From an uncultured Thermoplasmata archaeon (lineage in GTDB: Archaea; Thermoplasmatota; Thermoplasmata; Lutacidiplasmatales; UBA184), in contig OY970259.1 of the NCBI GenBank assembly GCA_963715645.1, forward strand, positions 815,889-879,888: DNA of 64,000 nt, in the 5' to 3' direction. The notes below the pieces were generated by a model that did no database searches, was not told the origin of the DNA, and saw only the letters and a program-made list of their open reading frames with translations. Both the position numbers and the translations under genes were made by a program. Shown one piece after another: positions 42,136 through 51,707 of the stretch. Within the stretch, counting starts at the first letter, position 1. Each line of letters begins with the position of its first letter.

Positions 42136-43272
42136 ATGGGAAGCCCGTCGCTCTCCGACGACCCTGCGACGACCCGCGCGCTGCTCGACCTCGTCTCCGC
42201 CCGCGCGGAGCCGGATGGGTTCATCCCGTTCGACCGGTACATGGAGACAGCCCTGTACGCGGAGCCCGGTGGGTACTACGCACGCCGGCGCACCCCGCTC
42301 GGCGCCGGCGGGGATTTCTACACAGCCTCCCATGTCACGCCCCTCTTCTCCGCGGCCTTCGCGGAGCGCCTCCTCGCGATCCGCTCGCGGCTGGGCCGCG
42401 GACGCCCGTTCCATCTCGTCGAGCTGGGACCGGGGGACGGCTCGCTGCTGCAAGGGATCGTGGCCAGCCTCGCCCGGTCCCCTGGGGAGGCCGATGGCCT
42501 CGAGCTGGTGCTCGTCGAGCGGTCCTCGTCCCTGCGTGCGCTCTCGCTCGAACGAGTCCGGGCCGCGGCCGAACCCCTCGGGATCCGGGTAAGTGCGCCG
42601 GAGTCACTCTCCTCCCTCGGACCGTTCGAGGGGGTCGTGGTCGCCAACGAGTTCCTGGACGCCCAGCCCGTACGGCGCCTCCGACGGCACGGCGACGGTT
42701 GGCTCGAGCTGGGAATCCGCCTCCGAGGCGGGAGGGCGGAGCCGGCGGAGGCTCCGCTCGCCGCTGCGGTTCCCGGGCCGCCGCTCCCGTCCCCCGTTCC
42801 CGACGGCACCGTCGTCGAGGTGGCTCCGCGAGCCGAGGCACTGGTCCGAGAGGTGGCGGACCACCTCGTCCACGGGGCTCTGCTCGTCGACGACTACGGC
42901 ATGGAGGAGCGCGAGCTGGTCGCGGGCCATCCGCGCGGCACCCTCGACGGGGTGCGGAACCACCGCGCCGGATGGGATCCCCTCCAGGAACCCGGGTCGG
43001 CCGACCTCTCGGCCTTCGTCAACTTCACCCGGGTGCGCTCGGTCGCGGCCGCCGCGGGCCTCGCCCTCCTGTCGGACCGGTCCCAATCGGAGACGCTGGG
43101 GGAGTGGGGGTTCGTCCGTCTCTTCGACGCCGCCCTCCGGGCCGCGTCCGCTGGAGAGGCCGAGGTGCGGCTACGGCTGGCGGTGAAGAATCTGCTGTTC
43201 GGGTTCGACCGATTCCGGATCCTGGAGTTCGTACCGGCCCGCGACCGGGACCTGTGGTCCGCGCCTACGTGA
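42136..43272 (+). CDS. MidA/NDUFAF7-family SAM-dependent methyltransferase (DUF185)
   Basis: FIPFDRYMETALYAEPGGYYARRR...GDFYTASHV..LF...HLVELGPGDGSL...VVANEFLDAQPV. Confidence 0.65.
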   Translation: MGSPSLSDDPATTRALLDLVSARAEPDGFIPFDRYMETALYAEPGGYYARRRTPLGAGGDFYTASHVTPLFSAAFAERLLAIRSRLGRGRPFHLVELGPGDGSLLQGIVASLARSPGEADGLELVLVERSSSLRALSLERVRAAAEPLGIRVSAPESLSSLGPFEGVVVANEFLDAQPVRRLRRHGDGWLELGIRLRGGRAEPAEAPLAAAVPGPPLPSPVPDGTVVEVAPRAEALVREVADHLVHGALLVDDYGMEERELVAGHPRGTLDGVRNHRAGWDPLQEPGSADLSAFVNFTRVRSVAAAAGLALLSDRSQSETLGEWGFVRLFDAALRAASAGEAEVRLRLAVKNLLFGFDRFRILEFVPARDRDLWSAPT

Positions 43273-43936
43273 CCGGTGGGGCATTCGACCCCGGTGCGAT
43301 CGGTTCCGCGACCTTGGCGGCCACCAGGAGCCGCGCCTTGTCCTCCGGGAGAGAGAGGATGTCCTCCGTCCGCAGGTCGATGGTCTCGGCCCCGACCTCG
43401 ATCGGCCGTCCGTCCTTGACCACTCGAACGTAGGCGGTCGGGGGCACGACCGGCGCCCTCGACGGGGATGGGGCCGCCGCCGAGGTCGGGGCGGAGGCGG
43501 GCGCGGGGATGGGTGCCCCAGCGGGAGGGCTGGCGGGGGCCGACGTCGCCGGGGGGGCCTCCAGAAAGGGGGTGATCCGGCGCCGAGAATCGAGCAGGGT
43601 CGCGACAATGCGGTCGTAGATGGCGCGTTCGTCCGGGAGCGCGTTCGGGAGCTCCCGGCTCCCTCCGATGCTGGCCTGGAACGCGGCCGCGAGGACCTTC
43701 TGCGTGCGCCCCTCCACGATGTCCCGCGCGACCTGGCTCGCCCGCTGGTACGTCTGTCGTGCCATGTCCCCCTTGCGGCCCGACGGATTCTCCCGCAGGT
43801 CCGATTCGTAGGAGCGGCGCACGTCGGCGAGGTAGCCCACGGTGACCGAGTAGAAGTCGTGGGGGAGCTTGGCCAGACCTCGGGTCGCTGCCTCACTCCG
43901 TCTCCATTCGAGCAAGAGCGAGAAGTGGTCGGGCAC
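43265..43936 (-). CDS. GINS family DNA replication complex subunit (Gins51/15-like)
   Basis: N-terminal LLLEWRRSEA...LAKLPHDFYSVTVGYLADV fits the archaeal GINS pattern. Divergent from the Toprim gene. Confidence 0.5.
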   Translation of the reverse strand: MPDHFSLLLEWRRSEAATRGLAKLPHDFYSVTVGYLADVRRSYESDLRENPSGRKGDMARQTYQRASQVARDIVEGRTQKVLAAAFQASIGGSRELPNALPDERAIYDRIVATLLDSRRRITPFLEAPPATSAPASPPAGAPIPAPASAPTSAAAPSPSRAPVVPPTAYVRVVKDGRPIEVGAETIDLRTEDILSLPEDKARLLVAAKVAEPIAPGSNAPPVT

Positions 43937-44036
43937 GGATCCTCGAGGGACGCCCCCACCGCCGAAGGACTATAGGAGGTGTGCGGTCTCCGTTCCTGGC
44001 GCCGGAGGTGGGTGGGTCCCCGCTCGCGCCGGAGAG

Positions 44037-44507
44037 CGGATGCGGGAAGGGAACGATACCTCCGCCACCCTGGACCGGTTCGTCGACCTCTGGCAACGGT
44101 TACGGTCGGCGAGCGCCGAGGCTGGGACGGTCGTGCTGGTCGAGGGCGAACGGGACCGTCGCTCGGTCCGACGATTGGGGCTCCCCGGCACTGTCGCCAC
44201 GTTGCACGCGGGACGAACCCTCGCCGAGACCGCCCAGGCCCTGATCCGGCGGGGGAGGCGGGTGGTGATCCTCACCGACTGGGACACGGAGGGCGGCCAT
44301 CTCGCCCACCGGCTCGCGGGATTCCTGACGGCGGAGCGGCTGGAGCTCGACCTCGACACTCGACGCCGGCTCGCCCGGGTCCTCCGCGGCGAGATCGTCC
44401 ACGTCGAGGGCCTCTACGGTTGGGCGCGTCGGCTCGCCGAGAGCGACGGCGCCTCGATCGAGCAGCTCCTAGACGAGGCCGACGGCGAGGAAGCCGCTAC
44501 GGGATGA
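44037..44507 (+). CDS. Toprim domain protein (small primase-like)
   Basis: VVLVEGERDRRSVRRLGLPG...RRVVILTDWDTEGGHLAHRL shows the Toprim E...DxD signature. Confidence 0.55.
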   Translation, partial: RMREGNDTSATLDRFVDLWQRLRSASAEAGTVVLVEGERDRRSVRRLGLPGTVATLHAGRTLAETAQALIRRGRRVVILTDWDTEGGHLAHRLAGFLTAERLELDLDTRRRLARVLRGEIVHVEGLYGWARRLAESDGASIEQLLDEADGEEAATG

Positions 44508-45111
44508 CCTTCATCTGGGTCCGTCGGGTCGGGCGGCGGTTGGCTGCACGCGAAGGTCGGTACCGCTCCGCTCCCTTGCCCTTCCAGCGCAGGCCGCGGC
44601 CTTGCCGGCCCGCGCTCGTGAGCCCACGGTAGGCTCGCCCCTTCTGCGACGGGGCCGCGATCCAGTTGATCTTCGGGTCGGCGAGGATCTCCGGGTGCGA
44701 CGGGTCGACCAGGATGACCTCGTAGAACTTCTGCTTCCCGTCCTCGCCGACCCAGTACCAGTTCAGCACCTCGAGGTTCGGGTAGTGCTTGCCGGCGCGT
44801 TCCTCGGCAATGCGCTTCAGGCTCTTCGCCAGCGTCATGCGGAGGATCCCCTTGTGCTTGGGACGGCGGCCGGCGATGATCGCCCGCTTGCGCTGCCCCC
44901 CTCGGCGGACGCGCACGCGGACGACCAGGTAGCCGCCTTTGGCGCGGAAGCCGACCGCACGGGCACGGTCCAACCGGGTGGGGTGCTCGAGGCGGGTGAC
45001 CGTGTTCTCGCGGCGCCAGGCGAGGAGGCGTTCGTGGCGCCGCTCGGCGCCCTCGTCCCCGAGGGTTTCCCGGAAGGACCCGGCCATGTAGCGATAGACG
45101 GACGTCGTCAT
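44497..45111 (-). CDS. rpl15e: ribosomal protein L15e
   Basis: MTTSVYRYMAGSFRE...WRRENTVTRLEHPTRLDRARAVGFRAKGGYLVVRVRVRRGG is the L15e N-terminus. Confidence 0.85.
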   Translation of the reverse strand: MTTSVYRYMAGSFRETLGDEGAERRHERLLAWRRENTVTRLEHPTRLDRARAVGFRAKGGYLVVRVRVRRGGQRKRAIIAGRRPKHKGILRMTLAKSLKRIAEERAGKHYPNLEVLNWYWVGEDGKQKFYEVILVDPSHPEILADPKINWIAAPSQKGRAYRGLTSAGRQGRGLRWKGKGAERYRPSRAANRRPTRRTQMKVIP

Positions 45112-45139
45112 CGAGCGGGGCGGGGGACCCGGGTGCCGA

Positions 45140-45583
45140 TTATAAAGCTGCCGGCGGCGAACCTGAGTCGGGGAGGTTCCCGGTCGTTGGGTTCGTCCAT
45201 GGGAGGTGGGGGGTCGTGGGGCGGACGACCTTCGCGGTCGCGTGGCTCTCGGTATGGACGGCCCGCTCGAGATGGCTCTCCATCTCCCGGACCAGTCGGT
45301 CCATGCGCGGTCGCTGGTCGGGGGGGACTTCGCGCGGCGCTTCCCACACGATCGCGGCGCCGCCGCTGGTCGGGTACAACCGGAACACTAACGAGTTTGC
45401 CGCCGGGGGCACGGAGGGGCTCATCCGGTCGAGCTGACCCGTGACCCGGGTCCCCGCTGGCTCGGTCGCCTCACTCCGCGCCACGCGGTAGCCGATCGAA
45501 CCGAGATACTCCTCGAGGTATCCCGCGAACCGTTCCCGTCCGATGCCGCGGGCTCGTAGCCAGTCGCCATTCCCTTCAGCCAT
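45140..45583 (-). CDS. hypothetical protein
   Basis: 147-aa ORF between rpl15e and the SpoU-like methyltransferase. No family recognised. Confidence 0.35.
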   Translation of the reverse strand: MAEGNGDWLRARGIGRERFAGYLEEYLGSIGYRVARSEATEPAGTRVTGQLDRMSPSVPPAANSLVFRLYPTSGGAAIVWEAPREVPPDQRPRMDRLVREMESHLERAVHTESHATAKVVRPTTPHLPWTNPTTGNLPDSGSPPAAL

Positions 45584-46313
45584 GGGGTTTCCTGTCCAGT
45601 GCGCGCTCGAAGCTCTTGAAGAGCCCGAGCATCATCCGGTATTCCGCCTCGGTAGGCGTCGACCGGCCCAGTACGCGACGAAACAGGAGGATTAAACTCC
45701 GTCGTTTGTGCGCGGGGTAGCCCGTACGGACCAGCAACTCCCCGACCCGCTCGAGAAACAGCTCCTTTTCGGTGCCGTTCAGCTCGAGCTCCTCCGGCGC
45801 CGGCGTGGTCTCGGGGTCGGTGGTCCCGCGCGCCCGGTGCGTCGCGTACAGGACGATCGCCGCCGCATGGGAGAGGTTCAGCGTCGGGAACTCACGACGG
45901 GCGGGGATGTGGACGAGCAGGTCGCATCGGGCGAGCTCCGTACGGGAGAGGCCGTTGTCCTCGGGGCCGAACACGAGCGCGACGTGCCCGTTCAATGTCC
46001 GCAGCATCTCCCCGAACCGCTCCGGGCTGACCGAGCGGCGGAGGTAGGCATTGGAACGACCGGTCGACATGTCGGTGGTCCCGACCACCAGGTCGGCTCC
46101 GGCCAGTGCCTCGTCGAACGAGCGGAAGGTGGCGGCCTTCTTCAACAACGACAGACCGCCCATCGCGCGACGGTTCGCCTCGGGCCCGACCTTCGCGCGG
46201 GGACTGACGAGGAGGAGCCGGTCCGCGCCGAAGTTCCGGGCCACGCGCGCCACTGCGCCGACGTTGCCGTCCTCCTTCGGCCGGACCAGGACCACGTCGA
46301 GGTGGGCCGTCAC
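45576..46313 (-). CDS. SpoU/TrmH-family (SPOUT) RNA 2'-O-methyltransferase, TrmJ-like
   Basis: VVLVRPKEDGNVGAVARVARNFGA...ALVFGPEDNGLSRTELARCD..VHIP...PTLNLSHAAAIVLY. GTG start inferred at 46313, overlapping the ftsY stop. Confidence 0.65.
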   Translation of the reverse strand: MTAHLDVVLVRPKEDGNVGAVARVARNFGADRLLLVSPRAKVGPEANRRAMGGLSLLKKAATFRSFDEALAGADLVVGTTDMSTGRSNAYLRRSVSPERFGEMLRTLNGHVALVFGPEDNGLSRTELARCDLLVHIPARREFPTLNLSHAAAIVLYATHRARGTTDPETTPAPEELELNGTEKELFLERVGELLVRTGYPAHKRRSLILLFRRVLGRSTPTEAEYRMMLGLFKSFERALDRKPHG

Positions 46314-47353
46314 CCGGCGGTCCCCTCCGTGAACAGCCGCTGGACCATCCAATCCGGGTCGAACGGCACGAGGTCGCCGTACCGCTGGCCGGTGCCGACG
46401 AACAGGATCGGCTTCTTGGTGATGAAGGCGAGGCTCAGCGCCGCGCCCCCCTTCGTGTCGGCGTCCATCTTGGTCACCACGAGTCCGTCGATCCCGAGGG
46501 CCTTGTCGAAGAGGCGTGCCTGCTCGATGACGTCGTGTCCGCTGAGCGCGTCCCCGACGAACAGGGTTAATTGGGGGTTCACGACACGGCGGATCTTCTT
46601 CGCCTCCTCGATGAGATTCTCGTTGGTATGCTGACGGCCGGCGGTGTCCACCAGCACAACGTCTACCCCCTTCGAGCGCGCGTGGTCGACCGCGTCGAAC
46701 GCGACGGCGGCCGGGTCGCTCCCCTCGCGCTGGCGGATCACCCGGACCCCGATCCGCTCGCCGTGGACCAGCAACTGCTCGATCGCACCGGCCCGGAAGG
46801 TATCGCTGGCGGCGATCACGACGGAAAGTCCGTGCGTGCGGAGCCACCCGGCGAGCTTCGCGAGCGTGGTCGTCTTGCCGGTCCCGTTGACGCCGACGAA
46901 GAGGATGATGTACGGTTTCGGGGTCGCTGCGCGGACGTTCGCCGCGAGGTCGATGGGGGGTCGCGCGAGGATCGAACGGACCGTCCCTTGTAGGCAGGTC
47001 TTGATCGCCTCCTCGGCGTCGACTCCGAACCTAAGCTTTCGGCCTGCGAGCTGCTTCCTGAGGTCCCTCCGCATCCGCTCGACGACCGGCAACGCGACGT
47101 CCGACTGGAGCAGGACTACCTCGAGGTCGTCGAAGACCTCGTCCACAGTCGCCTCCTGGAGCCGCTTTCCGAAGAATCCCTCGGCGAAGATCCCCTCGGG
47201 GGCCGGCTCTACGCCCGTCGGGCGGGCCGGTGCGCTGGCGGGGGAGGACGAGGTCGGCGCGGATCCGGGACCAGGCGAGGGGGAGGCGGTCGGGGCCGGG
47301 GGCTGCCCCGGCTCCTCCGGCCGACGAAGACGCGCCTTAAGTGCGGCCCACAT
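46310..47353 (-). CDS. ftsY: signal recognition particle receptor FtsY
   Basis: ILFVGVNGTGKTTTLAKLA; DTAGRQH; LVVTKMDADTKGGAALS. Start at MWAALKARLRR. Confidence 0.9.
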   Translation of the reverse strand: MWAALKARLRRPEEPGQPPAPTASPSPGPGSAPTSSSPASAPARPTGVEPAPEGIFAEGFFGKRLQEATVDEVFDDLEVVLLQSDVALPVVERMRRDLRKQLAGRKLRFGVDAEEAIKTCLQGTVRSILARPPIDLAANVRAATPKPYIILFVGVNGTGKTTTLAKLAGWLRTHGLSVVIAASDTFRAGAIEQLLVHGERIGVRVIRQREGSDPAAVAFDAVDHARSKGVDVVLVDTAGRQHTNENLIEEAKKIRRVVNPQLTLFVGDALSGHDVIEQARLFDKALGIDGLVVTKMDADTKGGAALSLAFITKKPILFVGTGQRYGDLVPFDPDWMVQRLFTEGTAG

Positions 47354-47807
47354 GCGACGCCCCCGCCGCACCGCGGGAGACTGCGTCCAACCGTCGGGAG
47401 AGCAGCTGGATCCGCTCGTCGACCGACGCGGCCTGGCCCTCGAGGTCACGGATCGCCTGCTCAATCTTGCTGGCTCGCTCGCCCAGCAACTCGAGGGCCT
47501 TGGCGCGGTCCATCTCCACGACCACGCCCGAGCCGATCCCGAGCATCACGGGCGCCTCCTTGACGACGGAGCCGCGCACGAACGCCTCACCCCCGAGGGG
47601 GAGAATGAACTCGGTCCCCGGGGCGGCCCGGTCCACGCCCTCGAGGCTCTCTCGGGCCCGGAGGTGCTCGACCCGCGAGCCCGAGAGGATATCGTGCTGC
47701 TGGACAATCGCCTGGAGCTGGTTCCGGTAGGCTTCGAGACGCATCAGGTCCTCTTGGACCTCCTGGTCTTCCCCCTCAGGTCCCGTCGCCGCCCCCCGGT
47801 CCGCCAC
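47337..47807 (-). CDS. pfdA: prefoldin alpha subunit
   Basis: LEAYRNQLQAIVQQHDILSGSRVEHLRARESLE...FILPLGGEAFVRGSVV...VMLGIGSGVVVEM coiled-coil/beta-hairpin pattern. Confidence 0.75.
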   Translation of the reverse strand: MADRGAATGPEGEDQEVQEDLMRLEAYRNQLQAIVQQHDILSGSRVEHLRARESLEGVDRAAPGTEFILPLGGEAFVRGSVVKEAPVMLGIGSGVVVEMDRAKALELLGERASKIEQAIRDLEGQAASVDERIQLLSRRLDAVSRGAAGASHVGRT

Positions 47808-48029
47808 ACCTAGGCGAAGGGCGCCCCGCCTTAACGCTTAGGCATCGCGGGGACTCACTAGGAGCCCAGAGAGAGCGCTTCGGCCGGAGGGCATGTCCCG
47901 GCGTACCCGGCATGGTTTCGGCCACGCAGCCGAGTGTCGCGACGTGGCGGGAAGAGCGCCCTTCACCCCACCGACCTCGAGCACGGACCGGGGAAACGTT
48001 TTTGGGCTCGCGGATGAGGTCGAGGGAGG

Positions 48030-48704
48030 ATGCCCGGAAACGCTTCGGCGGCCCCCTATGGCTTCGTGGTGTGGATCGAGGGGCGCGCTGGCACTGGGAA
48101 GTCGACGATATCGCGAGAGGTCGGCGTCCGGTTGAAGGCCCTCGGGTGGAAGACCGAGATCCTCGACGGCCGGCGGATCCTGCGCCCGTTCCTCCACTCG
48201 TATCGCCCCTCCGCGATCGCACTCGGTCGGGACCAGCCGTATCTCCTGGCGTGGTCCGCCTACGCACTCCTGTGGAACGCGCTCCGCCAGCTGCTCGTCC
48301 CTGAAATCGGCTTCTCGAGAGGCGACCGAGAGTTCCAGGCGCGACGAGTCCGCTACGCCGCGCGGATGCTCTCCCGAAGCGGGATCGCCGTGATCGTTGC
48401 GATGATTACCCCGTACGAGACCTCCCGTCGCGCAGCCCGGTCGGAAGTCGGGTCGCGCTTTGCCGAGGTCCTGCTCACGTCGCCGTTGGAGGTTCGCCGA
48501 CAGCGATACCCGAAGGAGGCCTACCAACGCACCCAGGCCCTCGCGGAGCAGAAGATGAGGGGGATCTACGCCCCGTTCGAGGAGCCGCCGCGGCCTGACC
48601 TCGTCGTAGATACGTCGACGGCCACTGTAGCGGAGTCCGCGGGCATGATCCTCAAGCACCTAGCGAGCGTCGGGCTCGTCGGCCCGCCCCCGGCCTCCCC
48701 GTAG
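48030..48704 (+). CDS. divergent APS-kinase-like P-loop kinase paralog with ~30-aa insertion
   Basis: PYGFVVWIEGRAGTGKSTIS P-loop; LDG then an inserted RRILRPFLHSYRPSAIALGRDQPYLLAWSAYALLWNALRQLLVP before EIGFSRGDREFQARRV...VIVAMITPYETSRRAAR. Paralogous to the gene at 21448. Confidence 0.6.
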   Translation: MPGNASAAPYGFVVWIEGRAGTGKSTISREVGVRLKALGWKTEILDGRRILRPFLHSYRPSAIALGRDQPYLLAWSAYALLWNALRQLLVPEIGFSRGDREFQARRVRYAARMLSRSGIAVIVAMITPYETSRRAARSEVGSRFAEVLLTSPLEVRRQRYPKEAYQRTQALAEQKMRGIYAPFEEPPRPDLVVDTSTATVAESAGMILKHLASVGLVGPPPASP

Positions 48705-48823
48705 CCCCGGGTCTCGCCCGCCGTCAGGTCGGAACCCGGGGGCATTCGCTGGAGGGAAGCATGGTCCTCCTGCCCGCCGAGTCGAGGACCCCCGGTCGCC
48801 CGAAGCGGGTCCCCCCGTCGCGA

Positions 48824-50537
48824 CTAGCGGACCGCAGTTCTGAGCGGCGCGGGGGCCGGGTCGTGGATGAATCGGTTGAGGAACTCTCGAAGCGCCGGTA
48901 ACCGTCGGCCCAGGACCCGTTCGACGCCCTCGAGGAGCACCAGATCGTCGCGGGAGAGGGTTCGGGTCGCCAGGATCGCGACGAGGTAGAGGGCTCCGCC
49001 GAAGAAGAACAACGGGATCACCAGGAACGGTGAATGGTCGAACGTAGTGGCGAGCAGCATGACGGGTCCCCCAATCGCAAGGGTGACTCCGAGCGGCAAC
49101 AGCAGAACCCGTCGGAAGGGAGTGATGTGGCAGAATTCGTAGAGCACGCTCAGGCCTAGGATGGGCAGCATCGCCCGCGCCACTCCCCAGGCGATCGCAG
49201 CCCCGATCAACCCATACTTCGGGATCAGGAGGAGGCTGAGGGTGATGTTGGTGACGGCGGAGGCCATGGAGGTCCACACGAGGACTTTCGCCTTGCCGAC
49301 CCCCGCAAGGGTGGACTGCACCGGACCCAGCATAGAAGCGAGGAAGGAGCTGAAGACCAAGATCTGGAGCGCCGAAGCGCCGGGCTCGTACCGATGCCCC
49401 CAGATCAACTCCATGGACGACTCGGGTGCGAAGGCGAACAGGAGGAAGAACGGGACGGTCACGACGAGGACCCAGCGGCTCGAGGTGATGTACGAGCCTC
49501 CGGACCCCCTCCAGGTCCCCGTCCGCGATCAGGCTGGCTGCGATGGGGAGAAAGATGAACGCGAGGGCCATGGTCCCGAAGAGGAGGATCCGAGCCAGGG
49601 TCATCGCGGCAGAGTAGTAGCCGACCTGTTGCGAGGGCCAGAAGACTCCGAGGATCAGGGTGTCAGCGTACGCGGTGATGAACACCAAGTTGTTCGCCCC
49701 CCAGAACGCGAATGTGTAGGTCCATAGACCGGGTCGCGGACGTCGCTTCGGGGGAGCGTCTCCCCGAAGGTGCTGCGGGAGGTTTCGCCAGGTGTACAGG
49801 GTCAGCAGACCCAAGGCAACTCCGTTTGAGGCCACGTACGCGAGGACGACACCCAGTACGCCGACGTGAAGGTCGATCAGCAGGACCAGGAAGAGGGCGA
49901 ACAGCGCCGCATTCGTCGCGTTGCCGATCAGGGCGTTCGGAACGACGTCCTTGAACCCTTGGAACACCCCCCCGATGGCGGTCGACAGGATGCCGAAGGC
50001 CACCGTGACCGACATTACCTCGAAGACGGGGACGAGGCCGGCGTTGTGGAACAGGTCGGCCAGCAGACCTGCGGAAAGGTAGACGGTCGTGGAGAGCGCG
50101 ACCGCGGAGATCGCCGAGACCCCCAACCCCCACCGGACGATGGCGCGTCGTTCGGCGGGATCCTTCTCGAAGGCGAGCGACCGGGCCATTGCCTGGCTGA
50201 GCCCGAGGAGACCTACCAGCGACAGAAGTCCCGTCACCGAGACCCCGAGGGTGTATTCTCCCCACTGAGGAACCGAAAGGACCCGAACCGCGACGATGTA
50301 GGCTACGAAGGTGAATACGAGCTGAGAGATCGACCCGATAAGGGAAACCACCGAGCCCTTCCCGATCGCACGCAGCGAGTGGTCGAGTTCGTCGGACCCG
50401 GAGACCGGCGGCACACGCGAGGGCTTGCCGTCCACGCCCGGAGGCGGAGCGGCGGGTTCGAGACCTTCCAAGTTCAGGTACCGCCCGAATGACCCGTTCC
50501 GGGGGAGAGAGCCGGTCTCGATGCTGTGAACTTCCAT
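48824..50537 (-). CDS. polysaccharide biosynthesis/oligosaccharide flippase (Wzx/MOP family); frameshifted near 49470
   Basis: About 12 predicted TM helices across two ORF pieces. Typical Wzx N-terminal KGSVVSLIGSISQLVFTFV. Confidence 0.65.
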
Positions 50538-51187
50538 CCCGGTCCCTCACCTAGTCAGGGCGCGATTTGGGGGGGGAATGTTACGACATATAACCTGTAT
50601 GTCCGCCCGGCACTGAGGGGCCGCTGGTACCGTTCACGGACCTCCTTCGAGACGTTCCGGGGGTCCGGCCCACGTCAGTCAGTGTGACGGCGGGTCTCGG
50701 GCACATTTGGGGAGGCCGAATGTCGCACCTTCCAGTCGCGTCTGAGCATTCGCCCGGGGGGGATGCTGGGACCGTGCGCGCGTCGCCCCCGGGCCGTCGC
50801 AGGTTGTGAATGCTCAACACGTGACTGCCTGGGAGCCAGCGCACCCGCACAGATCACCGGATCGAGCTCTCGGGCCGCCCGAAGGGCCAGGACTGGGGTC
50901 CGGCCCTGCGTCACCCTCCGAGGCCCTTCCCGCCGGTTGCTTCGGAGCGAGCTCGGGGAAGGCGGCTGGTTGGAGGGAGCTTCGCAGGCGCCGACGGGAG
51001 GGCGCTGCCGGTCGCCGGTGCGGTGGAGCTCTGAGGAGTCGCTCTGCCCCGGGTCGGCGTGAGCGGGAACTCCAGGGCCGGATGGCAGCCGGACCGAGTT
51101 ATCGAGAACCCATGCGGGTCTTCCCCCAGTCCGAGAAGTACCAAGACGCCTGGGACGGAGCCGAGGCAAAGGTCTCTGGCGTTCCGC

Positions 51188-51370
51188 TTATCCCGCCGTT
51201 TCCTCGGCGACCGTGTCAATGCGGATCAGATGGCGTTTGACCCCGTGACATCCGCCGATCTCCGAGAGCGCCCAATGGAGAGCGTTCTCCATCGTGTCCG
51301 CCTCGTGCTGCTTCATGAACGGCTGCCAGTAGCCGCGCCGTGCGTAGAACGAGCCGTGGACCGTGTACAT
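51188..51370 (-). CDS. small hypothetical protein (possibly a displaced C-terminal piece of the ThiI-like gene)
   Basis: MYTVHGSFYARRGYWQPFMKQHEADTMENALHWALSEIGGCHGVK. No family recognised. Confidence 0.25.
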   Translation of the reverse strand: MYTVHGSFYARRGYWQPFMKQHEADTMENALHWALSEIGGCHGVKRHLIRIDTVAEETAG

Positions 51371-51707
51371 CGGGATGGTAAGCCTCAGCGTCGCGCCCAC
51401 TGGAGACCTCTTCTTAACCCTACCGGGCCGCGACGGACCGGGAGCCTCGGCACGGTAGGCCTCGGCCGTCACTTCTCGGGCGGTGGTGCGGGATCGGAGT
51501 CGCGAACCGCTTCCGCTCGTGCCCGCGCACTCAACCACCGTAACTTCCTCTCCCAAAGTGCGTCACTCGAGGATACGACCGGTGCGTAGGCCCGGGGCGG
51601 GGACGTCTCGGGCGCATCGGGCGGAAGGGGTTCCGGCCCTCCCGAAGGAGGGGACGGAGGAAGCTCCGCCGGAGCCGGGTCGGGGTCGCCGGCGAGCGTG
51701 CGCTGGT

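Noticed and set aside
47838-48659. 273-aa minus-strand ORF opposite the APS-kinase-like gene at 48030
   Set aside because: The plus-strand gene has a clear P-loop and kinase motifs. The minus ORF is an arginine-rich artefact.
50540-51190. RNase P RNA / SRP RNA in the 650-nt gap
   Set aside because: Searched by eye for P4 (AGGAAAGTCCGGGC), CR-V (ACAGAANCCGGCTTA) and SRP motifs on both strands. None found.
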